A DNA stretch of 57,730 nt. It comes from a virus (lineage: Duplodnaviria > Caudoviricetes). Where the stretch lies: positions 1 through 57,730 of the IMG/VR virus record IMGVR_UViG_3300045141_000380; one strand, given 5' to 3'. A program made the position numbers and the translations under genes. Positions 45,003 through 54,101 of the stretch are shown here, piece after piece. Each line of letters starts with the position of its first letter. The stretch's first letter is position 1. Under the pieces are notes generated by a model. It made no database searches, was not told the DNA's origin, and saw nothing but the letters and a program-made list of their open reading frames with translations.

Positions 45003-45374
45003 ATGTCGGAGAAGTGTTCCGGAGGCGCGATGCGTGAACTCATAGCGGCGGTCGCCGGCCCGCGGCAGTGGGGTGACACACGAGAAAGTTGGTTAGCGCG
45101 AGCCGCACGGCGAGCTGGCGTTTCGCATCGGCAGGCAAAAGCCTTGTTCTATGGCGAGATCATCGATGCCGACCACAAAACCGCACGACGAATGCGAGAA
45201 GCCGCTGGCCAACACGAGGCCGAGCATCTGGCACAACGGTTTGAGGCATTGGCTGATTCATTGCAAGCACGCGATCAGGATTTCCATTGCTCGGACATTG
45301 CTGCGCTGGTCGACGCGGCTCGCGCGCTGCGCGGTCTGGGTCGCTCCAGAACTGGTGGCGGGGAGCAAGGGTGA
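45003..45374 (+). CDS. post-cro regulatory protein (CII position)
   Basis: GGAGG RBS; WGDTRESWLARAARRAG...ALFYGE motif. Confidence 0.55.
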   Translation: MSEKCSGGAMRELIAAVAGPRQWGDTRESWLARAARRAGVSHRQAKALFYGEIIDADHKTARRMREAAGQHEAEHLAQRFEALADSLQARDQDFHCSDIAALVDAARALRGLGRSRTGGGEQG

Positions 45375-45383
45375 GCGCCGGCC

Positions 45384-45989
45384 ATGAGTGGTATGCTCGT
45401 CAGATACGACACCATGTGCCGCGCGATCGACGCCGCCCACAAGGTCGATGAAGTCAAGGACATCCGCGACAAGGCGGTAGCCCTGGAACACTACGCGCGC
45501 CAGGCGCAGAACACCGACGCCGAGCGGCATGCCGCCGAAATCAGGTTGCGGGCCGAGCGCAAGGCCGGGCAACTGTTGGGCAAAATTGAAAAAGCCAATG
45601 GTGGGCGTCCTTCGAAAACTCATTCCCCAGAGGAACAAGTTTCCAAAGGTACCGTGCTTGAAGAGCTGGGTATTTCCCGCAAACAATCCGCGGAATGGGA
45701 AAAGCTCGGTGCGATGACGCAGCGGGATTTCGATCTTGCGATCGGAGCCAGCGTCTCGCCGCCAAGCACCAAAGGCATCTTGCGATCCGTCGAGCCGCCG
45801 CGCCAGCGGGTTGCCGCACCCGAAGCGCTTTGGCTCTGGGGCCGTCTCCTCGATTTCGAGCGCAACGATATGCTCGGCAGAGAACCGGCCGCAGTTCTCG
45901 AATCCATGACGGAGGAAATGCTCGACGATACTCATCGGCTGGCGCCGAAAGTTGCGGCGTGGCTGAAACGGATAGGAGCTACGCGATGA
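45384..45989 (+). CDS. hypothetical protein with helical N-domain of the type often fused to phage methylases
   Basis: VDEVKDIRDKAVAL...AEIRLRAERKAGQLL; LEELGISRKQSAEW. Confidence 0.6.
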   Translation: MSGMLVRYDTMCRAIDAAHKVDEVKDIRDKAVALEHYARQAQNTDAERHAAEIRLRAERKAGQLLGKIEKANGGRPSKTHSPEEQVSKGTVLEELGISRKQSAEWEKLGAMTQRDFDLAIGASVSPPSTKGILRSVEPPRQRVAAPEALWLWGRLLDFERNDMLGREPAAVLESMTEEMLDDTHRLAPKVAAWLKRIGATR

Positions 45990-46429
45990 CGAAAGAGGAA
46001 AGTCAACTTGCAGAAATCGTGGCGCGTATCATCGACATTCGTCGTGCGCAAGTAAAAATCAACCCGACCTGGATTGCGACCGAAGCGCTCAAGGAAATTG
46101 ATCCGGCGAGCCGCTCTATTGCCCTCGTGCGCACCGGCTGTCATTTGCAATTGCGGCAGATAGCGCGAGAGCAGTGCCGGAAACTTTTCGAAGACGACGA
46201 GGACGAGGCGCAGCCGCGATTCCCCGCCATTGAAGGATTGCAGTGGCGATATCCTACCCAGCGCACAAAGGATGAGCATGAGCCACAATACGTTTTGCGC
46301 GAGCTCATGAGCGACGGCGATGTTGCCTACAACGTCGCGCGCCTGCGCTCCGAAGCAGAAGCAAAGCTCGCTCATGCCGACGCTCTTGAGGCATGGGGGC
46401 TGAGCAGAAAGCGGTTACGCCGCCTGTAG
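45986..46429 (+). CDS. hypothetical protein
   Basis: AGGAG RBS; ATGA overlap; LQWRYP...AHADALEAW. Confidence 0.6.
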   Translation: MTKEESQLAEIVARIIDIRRAQVKINPTWIATEALKEIDPASRSIALVRTGCHLQLRQIAREQCRKLFEDDEDEAQPRFPAIEGLQWRYPTQRTKDEHEPQYVLRELMSDGDVAYNVARLRSEAEAKLAHADALEAWGLSRKRLRRL

Positions 46430-46443
46430 AAAGGATTCCACCG

Positions 46444-46908
46444 ATGGACACCGCGCAAAGCAACGATCTGGCGACGAAGGCGGAGACCTACCTTCGGCTG
46501 ATCGAGGAAATCGACGAGGAACTGGATTCCGAAAAGGTCGCGTACATGAGCAGGTGCGGCGTCCTGCGCGATAGGCGCAAGGACGTGTTCGGCGCCGCCA
46601 AGGACGACGGCATCCAGGTCAAGCCGCTCAAGGCGATCGTGAAGCGGCGCAAGCTGGAAAACAAGATTGCCGGGCTCCCGAGTGAATTCGAGATCGACGA
46701 GGCGGCTCAGTATGAGGCGCTGGCAGCCGCGTTCGCCGGCACGCCGTTTGGCGACTTCGCGGCCTCGCGCGCGGACAACGGTGCCGCGGCAGAGCCTGCC
46801 CCCGCGAAGGCGGGGGGCGCGCGCCCCAACGAAGACCACGTGGCAGCATTGCGCGCGCGACTTACCAGGATAGGGCTCGATCCGGTCGACACTCTCGCCG
46901 ATCACTGA
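46444..46908 (+). CDS. GapR/DUF2312-like DNA-binding protein
   Basis: YLRLIEEIDEE...KDVFGAAKDDGIQVKPLKAIVKRRK. Confidence 0.55.
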   Translation: MDTAQSNDLATKAETYLRLIEEIDEELDSEKVAYMSRCGVLRDRRKDVFGAAKDDGIQVKPLKAIVKRRKLENKIAGLPSEFEIDEAAQYEALAAAFAGTPFGDFAASRADNGAAAEPAPAKAGGARPNEDHVAALRARLTRIGLDPVDTLADH

Positions 46909-46960
46909 TCCCCAAGAACAAGACCAAAGCCCCGCAGGCGCAGCGGGGGAGGCTGCGCAA

Positions 46961-47386
46961 ATGATCACCGGCAAGCAGCTTTCGCTGTTCAAGGGCAAAC
47001 GTCAGCGGGGCGTCGCGCCGCCGCCACCGCTCGAGTTCCATCTGCATGTGACGTTGGCCGACATCTGCCGGCGCTGGATAAACCCGCGCTGGCGATTTAG
47101 CCATCTTCCCTTCGGAGAGAAACGCGACGTCGCAACGGGCGCTCGATTGAAGAGGCTCGGAGTAACCCCCGGATGGCCCGATTTTCTCTTTGTCGGCCCC
47201 GGCGCGCAAGTGTTCTGGCTTGAGCTGAAACGGCCCAAGAGCGGGCGCCTGTCGGAAGCCCAGGGCAACATCATCGGGCACCTCGTCGCCTGCGGATTCG
47301 GCGTGCTCGTCACCACCTCGATCGACGACGCGGTCGCGACGCTCAAGCAGGCCGGGATTTTGCGAGCGAACGTGGAGGTGGTGTGA
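46961..47386 (+). CDS. VRR-NUC domain nuclease
   Basis: LGVTPGWPDFLF...FWLELKRPKSGRLSEAQ. Confidence 0.85.
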   Translation: MITGKQLSLFKGKRQRGVAPPPPLEFHLHVTLADICRRWINPRWRFSHLPFGEKRDVATGARLKRLGVTPGWPDFLFVGPGAQVFWLELKRPKSGRLSEAQGNIIGHLVACGFGVLVTTSIDDAVATLKQAGILRANVEVV

Positions 47387-48438
47387 TGACCCCAGAAGAT
47401 GCAGAAGAATTCACTCAATCCCTTGGTCAAATCATTGGCGGGTCCTGGCGCCAGATCGCGCTCGCCAAGCGGCTCGGTGTGCCGAAGGCGCTCGGGCTCG
47501 ATACTGAGAAATGGGTGCGCGAGCGACTCGGCGGCTATATCAAGCTGTCCGTCGACGAACGGCGAGAGGCTGCACATGAACTGTCCAGTTCTGGCCACGG
47601 TGTCCGCGAAGTCGGCGAAATTCTCGGCATAAGCAAGAGTCAGGCTGCTGAAGATGTCCGGAACTGGACGCCGCTCGACGCGGTGGCAACGCTGGCGGCC
47701 GATGAGAAGGTGGTGCGCGCCATAAAGGCAGAAGAGCGTCGGCAAGAGCAGCAACAAACGCGGGATGGCCAACACGTGGAGGATGGCTGCACGGTCGATG
47801 ATTTGCAAACTTTGATCGCCAGAGGCAGAAAATTCGGTGTGATCTACGCGGATCCTCCTTGGGTCTTCAAGGTTTACAGCGGCAAGGGCAAGGCTCGTTC
47901 CGCCGATCGGCATTATAAGCAAGACGACAAGACCGGCGAACGCACGCTTTCTATTGAAGACCTTAAAGCGCTGCCGATTTCCGAACTCGCGGCGACAGAT
48001 TCCGCCCTGCTGTTGTGGGCCGTCATGCCTGAACTGCCTGGCGCGCTCGAGGTCATGAAGGCGTGGGGCTTCACATACAAAACTACGGCGTTCGTCTGGG
48101 TGAAGACGACGGAAAACGCAGGAGGAATCCTCCGCGACGGCGCCGGACTCCATTGGGGGATGGGATACTGGACCCGTGCCAACGCTGAAGTCTGTCTGCT
48201 TGGAACTCGCGGCAAACCTAAACGAAAAGCCAAAGACGTTCACCAGATTATCGTGTCGCCAGTCGGTGAGCACAGCCGCAAGCCAGAACAGACAAATGCG
48301 CGCATCGAGCGCCTGCTGAACGGACCTTATCTGGAACTCTTTGCGCGGCGCCCAATGCATGGCTGGAGCGTATGGGGCAACGACATTACCCGCGGACTCT
48401 TTCATCTAACAATACCAGAATTGGAGGCGGCCGAATGA
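47383..48438 (+). CDS. MT-A70-family adenine methyltransferase
   Basis: IYADPPW, LLLWA, AWGFTYKT, GMGYWTRANAE, HSRKPE, LELFAR, WGND. Confidence 0.92.
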   Translation: MMTPEDAEEFTQSLGQIIGGSWRQIALAKRLGVPKALGLDTEKWVRERLGGYIKLSVDERREAAHELSSSGHGVREVGEILGISKSQAAEDVRNWTPLDAVATLAADEKVVRAIKAEERRQEQQQTRDGQHVEDGCTVDDLQTLIARGRKFGVIYADPPWVFKVYSGKGKARSADRHYKQDDKTGERTLSIEDLKALPISELAATDSALLLWAVMPELPGALEVMKAWGFTYKTTAFVWVKTTENAGGILRDGAGLHWGMGYWTRANAEVCLLGTRGKPKRKAKDVHQIIVSPVGEHSRKPEQTNARIERLLNGPYLELFARRPMHGWSVWGNDITRGLFHLTIPELEAAE

Positions 48439-48968
48439 GCAACGGATTGTTTCCGCCTGACCCGCCGCAAGATCCGTTCGAGCAATTCGAACAGAAGCGT
48501 CAGGGCCAAGAATCAAACATTGCCGGAAAACTTCTTGAGGAGGCAATTGAAAACGCTTTCAAGCGACGCGGAATTTTGGTGACGAGTTATCAGAGCATCG
48601 GTGAGGGTTTGGATCTGTTTGAAAAGCGCATGCTGATACGCAATGCTCCCTACAAATCGATCTACGGCGCCAGGTCGTTTAGCGAATTCCAATATCGCCA
48701 CGCTAATTTGAGGGTTCGCATCGAATGCCGATCCCAGCAGGTTGCCGGGTCCGTTGATGAGAAATTCCCTTATTTGCTGATGAATGCACAGGCCGCGATG
48801 CCAGAAGCGTTTGTCTGGTTTGTACTTGAGGGAATTGGGGCGCGGGCAAAAGCGATCGCGTGGCTCAAGCACCAAGCTATTCAAACCAGAGCGAAAACGA
48901 TTCGCGTGCTTACCCTCGCCGAGGCTCAACGTGCCATTAAGCACCTCGTCGAGCGAGGCGCCGCATGA
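48435..48968 (+). CDS. PD-(D/E)XK restriction-endonuclease-like protein
   Basis: YKSIYG...RIECRSQQVAGSVDEKFPYL...GIGA...WLK; coupled to methylase. Confidence 0.65.
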   Translation: MSNGLFPPDPPQDPFEQFEQKRQGQESNIAGKLLEEAIENAFKRRGILVTSYQSIGEGLDLFEKRMLIRNAPYKSIYGARSFSEFQYRHANLRVRIECRSQQVAGSVDEKFPYLLMNAQAAMPEAFVWFVLEGIGARAKAIAWLKHQAIQTRAKTIRVLTLAEAQRAIKHLVERGAA

Positions 48969-49303
48969 GGCGCGTCGTGCTCGAAAGCCCGTATCACGGT
49001 GGCCTGTTTCGCCGCTGGCTCAACGTGCGTTTCGCGCGCGCCTGCATGCGCGACTGCCTCATGCGCGGCGAGGCGCCACTGTGCAGTCACCTCTTGTACG
49101 CGCAACGCGGTGTGCTGCGCGACGACGTGCCCGACGAGCGCCAGCTCGGCATCGACGCCGGTCACGCTTGGATTTCAAGCGCCGAGGCAATGGTGGTCTA
49201 CCTTTCGCCCAGCGGCCGCATCACGCCCGGCATGGACGTCGGCATCAAGCGCGCCAAGGCGATCGGCATCCCGGTCGAGTTCCGACGGCTGGAAGGGGCG
49301 TGA
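48965..49303 (+). CDS. conserved phage protein (deoxyribosyltransferase-like fold)
   Basis: VVLESPY...DCLMRGEAPLCSHLLY...ERQLGIDAG. Confidence 0.65.
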   Translation: MRRVVLESPYHGGLFRRWLNVRFARACMRDCLMRGEAPLCSHLLYAQRGVLRDDVPDERQLGIDAGHAWISSAEAMVVYLSPSGRITPGMDVGIKRAKAIGIPVEFRRLEGA

Positions 49304-49307
49304 AGCT

Positions 49308-49877
49308 ATGGTCTGGATCGAGCACAAGATCGTCGATCGATTCAAGTTCAATGGCGGTCGCGAGCTTGTCTGCGATCGTATCGAGTATGAGGAAACCTTC
49401 CCCCGTGAACCGACAAAGCAGGGTATCGACCTCGATCGCTTGTGGCGTCTCGCAGAAACGCGCGCATGGCTCACGCCACATTGCGAGAGCCCGATCGAGA
49501 TCACGCTCGGCGCACATCTGTTCGTATTCATGCAGGACAACGGTTTCAGTCCGAAGCTCTGCCTGAGTTGCGAAGCGCCCACACGTCCGGCCAACGAAGT
49601 GCTGTTGATCCCGCAATTCCGATGGGAACGCTACCGCGGCGATTTCGTGATTCGCATTCCGGGGACGCCGCGACAGCTGCTGTTCATCGAATGCGATGGC
49701 CGCGACTTCCATCGTGCTACGACGCAACAGATCGAGCGCGATCGCGGCCGCGACCAGGAAATGATCGATGTCGGTCATAAGGTTTTTCGTTTCACCGGGA
49801 GCCAGATCAACCGCTATCCGGCTTCCTGCGCGCTCGCGGTGCTGGGCAGGCAAAAACGACCGGAGAATCCGGCATGA
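49308..49877 (+). CDS. DUF559/Vsr-like endonuclease
   Basis: CESPIE, YRGDF, IECDGRDFH, RDRGRD, FRFTGSQI. Confidence 0.8.
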   Translation: MVWIEHKIVDRFKFNGGRELVCDRIEYEETFPREPTKQGIDLDRLWRLAETRAWLTPHCESPIEITLGAHLFVFMQDNGFSPKLCLSCEAPTRPANEVLLIPQFRWERYRGDFVIRIPGTPRQLLFIECDGRDFHRATTQQIERDRGRDQEMIDVGHKVFRFTGSQINRYPASCALAVLGRQKRPENPA

Positions 49878-50671
49878 CAGCGACGCCATGGGGCAAGTTT
49901 TTTTGGGCCGACTGGCTCGCCGATCCGGGCTTGCGGGCGTGCTCGGCTACCGCCCGCGGCATCTGGATGGACATGCTCTGCGTCGCCGCGTCCCACGAAC
50001 CGCCGGGATACGTCGCAATCGGCGGCAGAGCCATGACGGTCGAGGAAATAGCGAGGTTGACCGGCGTCGAAACCGCCGTGGCCGACCACCTGGTGAACGA
50101 GCTCAAAACCAAAAACGTCTGCAGCCGAACCGAGGACGGAACCCTCTACTCGAGGCGCATGATCCGCGATCATGAAAACGCCGGCCGAAAGAGCATGTGC
50201 GAGCAATGCGGCAAGCTATACGTGCCGCAGCGATCGGACTCGCGATACTGCTCGAACGGGTGCAAACAGCGGGCTTACCGTAACAGAACCAACACTAACC
50301 GTAACGGTAACGCTAACAGTAACGTATCCGTAACGCTATCAGTCTCAAACGTTACCGATAACGAGACTGATAAAGCCAAAAAAGACAAGCAAAATCAATC
50401 GTGTTACGGATCGCCTCGCGCGGGCGCGCGGGCACCATCTGCCAGAAAGAAAGTAAGAAAGCTTCCTTTCTTCGCTGAGAGTGAGAGCGCACCACAAGCA
50501 AGCAAGATCAACGCACCCCAACAGCCGACCAGCGGGCCGGCTACGGCGCTACCTGACGGGCGCGCCGGCCCGCCGTCGTCCGACAGCGAAGCAAGCAAGC
50601 GACCCCACGAACTCACCAAGGCCGAGTTCGAGGCAAAGCTCGACGCCAAACGCAAAACCGGAGAACCCTGA
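49874..50671 (+). CDS. phage replication initiator-like protein
   Basis: KFFWADWLADPGLRACSATARGIWMDMLC...YSRRMIRD; internal CxxC..CxxxC. Confidence 0.7.
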   Translation: MTATPWGKFFWADWLADPGLRACSATARGIWMDMLCVAASHEPPGYVAIGGRAMTVEEIARLTGVETAVADHLVNELKTKNVCSRTEDGTLYSRRMIRDHENAGRKSMCEQCGKLYVPQRSDSRYCSNGCKQRAYRNRTNTNRNGNANSNVSVTLSVSNVTDNETDKAKKDKQNQSCYGSPRAGARAPSARKKVRKLPFFAESESAPQASKINAPQQPTSGPATALPDGRAGPPSSDSEASKRPHELTKAEFEAKLDAKRKTGEP

Positions 50672-50964
50672 TGGCCCGCCAACCAGACCTCTTCGCAAAA
50701 CCGCGCCCGACCATCGACGAGCTCCGCGCCAAGCACGGCCCGACCTGGGGTTTGAAAACTACCGCCGACCTCGAACGCGACGAAGCCCGCACCGCCGACG
50801 ACCGCCGCCAGCGCGAAACCCGCGACCGCCACGTCCTCGCCGAATACGCAAAACTCGGCCTCGATCCCGTCCACGCCAGCGACGGAACCCTCGTCTCGCC
50901 AGCACTGCTGCGAGCCCTCAATCGCTTGCCCGCAAAACCACCGCACAACGGGGAAACCCAATGA
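50671..50964 (+). CDS. hypothetical protein
   Basis: TGATG overlap; ELRAKHGPTWGL. Confidence 0.55.
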   Translation: MARQPDLFAKPRPTIDELRAKHGPTWGLKTTADLERDEARTADDRRQRETRDRHVLAEYAKLGLDPVHASDGTLVSPALLRALNRLPAKPPHNGETQ

Positions 50965-51305
50965 AACTCACCCTCACCCTCACCGTCACGCCGTCCCGCA
51001 ACCCAGACGGCAGACGCGCATACTCGAACCGCGGCCAACTCTTCGACGCCGCCATCGACGACACCATCGTCGTCCGCCGCTCAACCCAGCCCTTCCTCGA
51101 CGGATGCCGAACCCTCATCGCAGCAGGCGCCGACCCTGACACCCCGGTCGCCATGCGCCACGCCGGGTCCGACCACGACGCCCTGACCTCCACCGTCGGG
51201 GCAGCCGCAAAGCTCACCGTCGAGGAAGGCGATAGAGCACCATACTTCCGCCAGTGGGAGCCGTCGCCACGTGCGGCGGTAAATCCGCCCAGCGATTTTC
51301 CATAG
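50961..51305 (+). CDS. hypothetical protein
   Basis: ATGA overlap; STQPFLDGCRTLIAAG...VGAAAKLTVEE. Confidence 0.6.
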   Translation: MKLTLTLTVTPSRNPDGRRAYSNRGQLFDAAIDDTIVVRRSTQPFLDGCRTLIAAGADPDTPVAMRHAGSDHDALTSTVGAAAKLTVEEGDRAPYFRQWEPSPRAAVNPPSDFP

Positions 51306-51876
51306 CCCCAAGCTAGGGGGGGGGCTGACCAGGAGGAAAACGCACCCACGGGCTTCCGCCAACGCAACAGGATAAGTGGTACACAAATACCAAATTGGTT
51401 TTCCGCAAACCCATATGCCGGGGACACGTATAAGAGCTCGGATGGGGGGTGGCCTGTCCAGGGTGGGGGTGGGGTAGGCCTGGGGTGGCTGTCTCATTAG
51501 CGGTCTCATTGGCAGTCTTGTTACGTTCCAAAGCGCAACTTCCCTTGTAGGGAACTCGCATCATTGAAAGCATTGGGTTATCGGCGCCAGTGTCCAGTCC
51601 GTGTCCGAAACAGATGCGGGCGGAAGCAGGCCATATGTGACCGTTCTGTCACATGTGGCTAAGCCCGTTCCATACAGTGGAACATTAGGTCAGCCTTCCT
51701 GACCTATTGGGGCGGAAACAGACATAATCAGATACTTGGTCTTAAAACCAGGTGTTAAACCATTTAGGACCATCTCCGCCCATCCCGATACTGTTTTCCC
51801 TACATTTACGCTTATTAAGACCGCGGTCTTTTGACAATCGTTGCCGCAACTATTAACAAAACTATTAATGACTGGT

Positions 51877-51905
51877 TTGCAAACCGCGGCATGTTTGTTT
51901 ATTCT
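51877..51905 (+). promoter_or_regulatory. sigma70-type promoter for small-gene cluster
   Basis: TTGCAA-17bp-TATTCT with AT-rich upstream region. Confidence 0.55.
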
Positions 51906-51960
51906 AATTAGACCGGATGCAGCGACATTCGGCGACAAACAAACTGCAAGGACAAACCCA

Positions 51961-52461
51961 ATGGCCACGATTACCAAGACTGATATTGCGGCGATCCGAT
52001 CCGCTGATAGGCTTTGCGTGCATTTGAATAAGAACAACTCTACGGGTCTTGTCAGGCTCATTAAGGGCCGCGACCGCGACAAGCCGTTCTCGGAGGATCA
52101 GGAATACGTATTGCCGTGCTCCGTTGAATTGCATGGTTATAACCATCGGAATGCGATTGAGAATGGCGCGCAATGTTTTGCGCATGTGTATTTGTTTCAT
52201 TCGCAGCATATTCCCGCGTCGTGCATCATGCGAACGTTGCGGGCTGGCGACGAGGTAACGTTTGTCTTTTACCCGGACGCCCATTCCAATGGTTATCTGG
52301 CGAAGGCCGGTTTGCATGGTGATGCGCTTTACATGCATGTAAGGCGTGGCGACAAGCGCTACGAATGGAACCTGCAAACGTCGACTTGCCCTGAGAACAG
52401 CGCGCGGATGTGCCGCGGCGTTCCGCCGTCTCAATCCTATCTGGACAGCGCAGCGGCGTGA
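51961..52461 (+). CDS. hypothetical protein
   Basis: AAGGACA RBS. Confidence 0.65.
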   Translation: MATITKTDIAAIRSADRLCVHLNKNNSTGLVRLIKGRDRDKPFSEDQEYVLPCSVELHGYNHRNAIENGAQCFAHVYLFHSQHIPASCIMRTLRAGDEVTFVFYPDAHSNGYLAKAGLHGDALYMHVRRGDKRYEWNLQTSTCPENSARMCRGVPPSQSYLDSAAA

Positions 52462-52556
52462 TGCGCGACGGTGACCGCTGCATGCGGTCACTATCGGGCT
52501 TCAAGCCTGGGCTTGCCAGCAAGCAAGCCTTAATGAGACTGAAAGGACAAACCAAA

Positions 52557-52757
52557 ATGTACGATCTTTCGCAGCCCAATGACGAGCCTGGCGAGTGCTG
52601 CAAATGCCGCGGCACTGGCATCTATCGTTGGGGCATGAATGGTTCCAAGGAGGGCCTGTGCTTCTCATGTGGAGGCGCTGGCAAGCAAACCCGATCTGAC
52701 ATTGGCCGCAATTGCGCTTACAACCGGCACAAGATTGCACGGATTGCGAGGCTGTGA
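52557..52757 (+). CDS. small zinc-finger protein (DnaJ-like CxxCxGxG x2)
   Basis: CCKCRGTG...CFSCGGAG. Confidence 0.65.
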   Translation: MYDLSQPNDEPGECCKCRGTGIYRWGMNGSKEGLCFSCGGAGKQTRSDIGRNCAYNRHKIARIARL

Positions 52758-52851
52758 CGCGCGACGGTGGCCCGCGTGACGGGCCACTATCGGGCGGCAA
52801 GCCCAAAGGGAACGGCAGCAACCGTTCTCGACATTGGAAAGGACAACGAAG

Positions 52852-53190
52852 ATGACAAAACGAATAGCAGATGAGTTGAAAGTTGGGGACGTGATTATGC
52901 CGCCGCCGCGGGAGCTTCAATTGTGGATGCGCCGCGACATAGCCAAACGCGGTTTGCCTGAATCGGCTTTGCACCTGACGATAACCAATATCGTGTGGGG
53001 CACCCCTGATAAGCGGGGCCGTTGGTTACTAGTGACGGCCGATCATGCCATTGAATGGCACGCTGGGCGCAAGCCTTATCCAATCAAGTTCAAGGTGCGG
53101 CCTGAGACGCCTTGGGAAGTGGTGTCCGCCGCGGATGCGTCCGACCCAATGGACGACTTCAATTACGTCGGCTCGAAGCACCACTATTGA
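52852..53190 (+). CDS. hypothetical protein
   Basis: Follows module 2 RBS. Confidence 0.65.
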   Translation: MTKRIADELKVGDVIMPPPRELQLWMRRDIAKRGLPESALHLTITNIVWGTPDKRGRWLLVTADHAIEWHAGRKPYPIKFKVRPETPWEVVSAADASDPMDDFNYVGSKHHY

Positions 53191-53253
53191 TATCTGCCGC
53201 GCGACGGTGCGGGCAGCAACCCGCACCTCCTTCAAACCGAAAGGACAAGACCA

Positions 53254-53391
53254 ATGAGTGATTCCACAGTAGCTGTTTTGGTGACGATTATCGGTATTGT
53301 ATTTTTTTTGCTCGGCTATTGCGGCGGTGGATACCGAACCTATGAAGCGACCGGAGAATCTGGCGAACTTCCGTATTCAGACCAACGCTGA
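53254..53391 (+). CDS. 45-aa membrane peptide
   Basis: Follows module 3 RBS; MSDSTVAVLVTIIGIVFFLLGYC read by hand. Confidence 0.55.
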   Translation: MSDSTVAVLVTIIGIVFFLLGYCGGGYRTYEATGESGELPYSDQR

Positions 53392-53518
53392 TACATGATC
53401 GCAGCCCATGGCGCTCCCTTTCACGGGGGCGCCATGACCGGCGATCCCGCCGAGCCCCGCCTGCGCGGGGGCAAGCTCTGGGCCAGCAAGCCCGGACACC
53501 CTGAAAGGACAGTATCCG

Positions 53519-53869
53519 ATGAAACTAAAGACCGTCGCTATTAGTTGCGCTTTAATAGCATCGATAATGCCAGCCGATGCCGGAATACTCGATTGGTTCA
53601 CGACGCCGTCGGCTTTTCCTAGCCGTGGTTATTACGAGGCATTTCTTGCCGGCGGCAAGAAAGGTTGTTTGAAAGAGATAGCGGCAGTCGTGGCAAATTC
53701 TGCAAATTACGACGCCTACTGCCAATGCTATGCGGTGGCTATCGCTGGGCACATAACCAGAATAGATTTGGAGATAGCAGAACGAACTAAGCTAACACCG
53801 TACGACTATGAAGACCGTCTTGCCATGCCGGCTCACGTTGCGTGTGTAGCAAAAGCCCCACGGCAGTAG
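53519..53869 (+). CDS. secreted Cys-containing protein
   Basis: Signal peptide; GC...YCQCY...AC; follows module 4. Confidence 0.65.
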   Translation: MKLKTVAISCALIASIMPADAGILDWFTTPSAFPSRGYYEAFLAGGKKGCLKEIAAVVANSANYDAYCQCYAVAIAGHITRIDLEIAERTKLTPYDYEDRLAMPAHVACVAKAPRQ

Positions 53870-53920
53870 CTGACGGAGGGGGCGCGCGAATGCGCCCTTC
53901 TCTCACGAGAGGGAACCGTG

Positions 53921-54088
53921 ATGACTATTGAAGAAAAGATTGAAGGCCAATTGACCGGGATTGATCACCGTCTAGCGGCGATCGATGGGCGGCTTGCGCG
54001 TATTCAAACCAACGGAACTTGGTTGTTTGCGGGGTTGTTGGCCTCTTTTGCTGCGGTCCTTGCTGTTGCGCTGCGCGTCACGCACTGA
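53921..54088 (+). CDS. 55-aa coiled-coil + TM protein
   Basis: GAGAGGG RBS; read by hand. Confidence 0.5.
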   Translation: MTIEEKIEGQLTGIDHRLAAIDGRLARIQTNGTWLFAGLLASFAAVLAVALRVTH

Positions 54089-54101
54089 CGGGACGGGCCA
54101 G

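Noticed and set aside
51635-51654. Remote CI operator
   Set aside because: Half-sites match but the spacer is 1 bp shorter than in the immunity-region operators, so it is not called.
51853-51868. Second CtrA box
   Set aside because: The TTAA half-sites are 8 bp apart rather than 7; better described as an AACTATTAA direct repeat.
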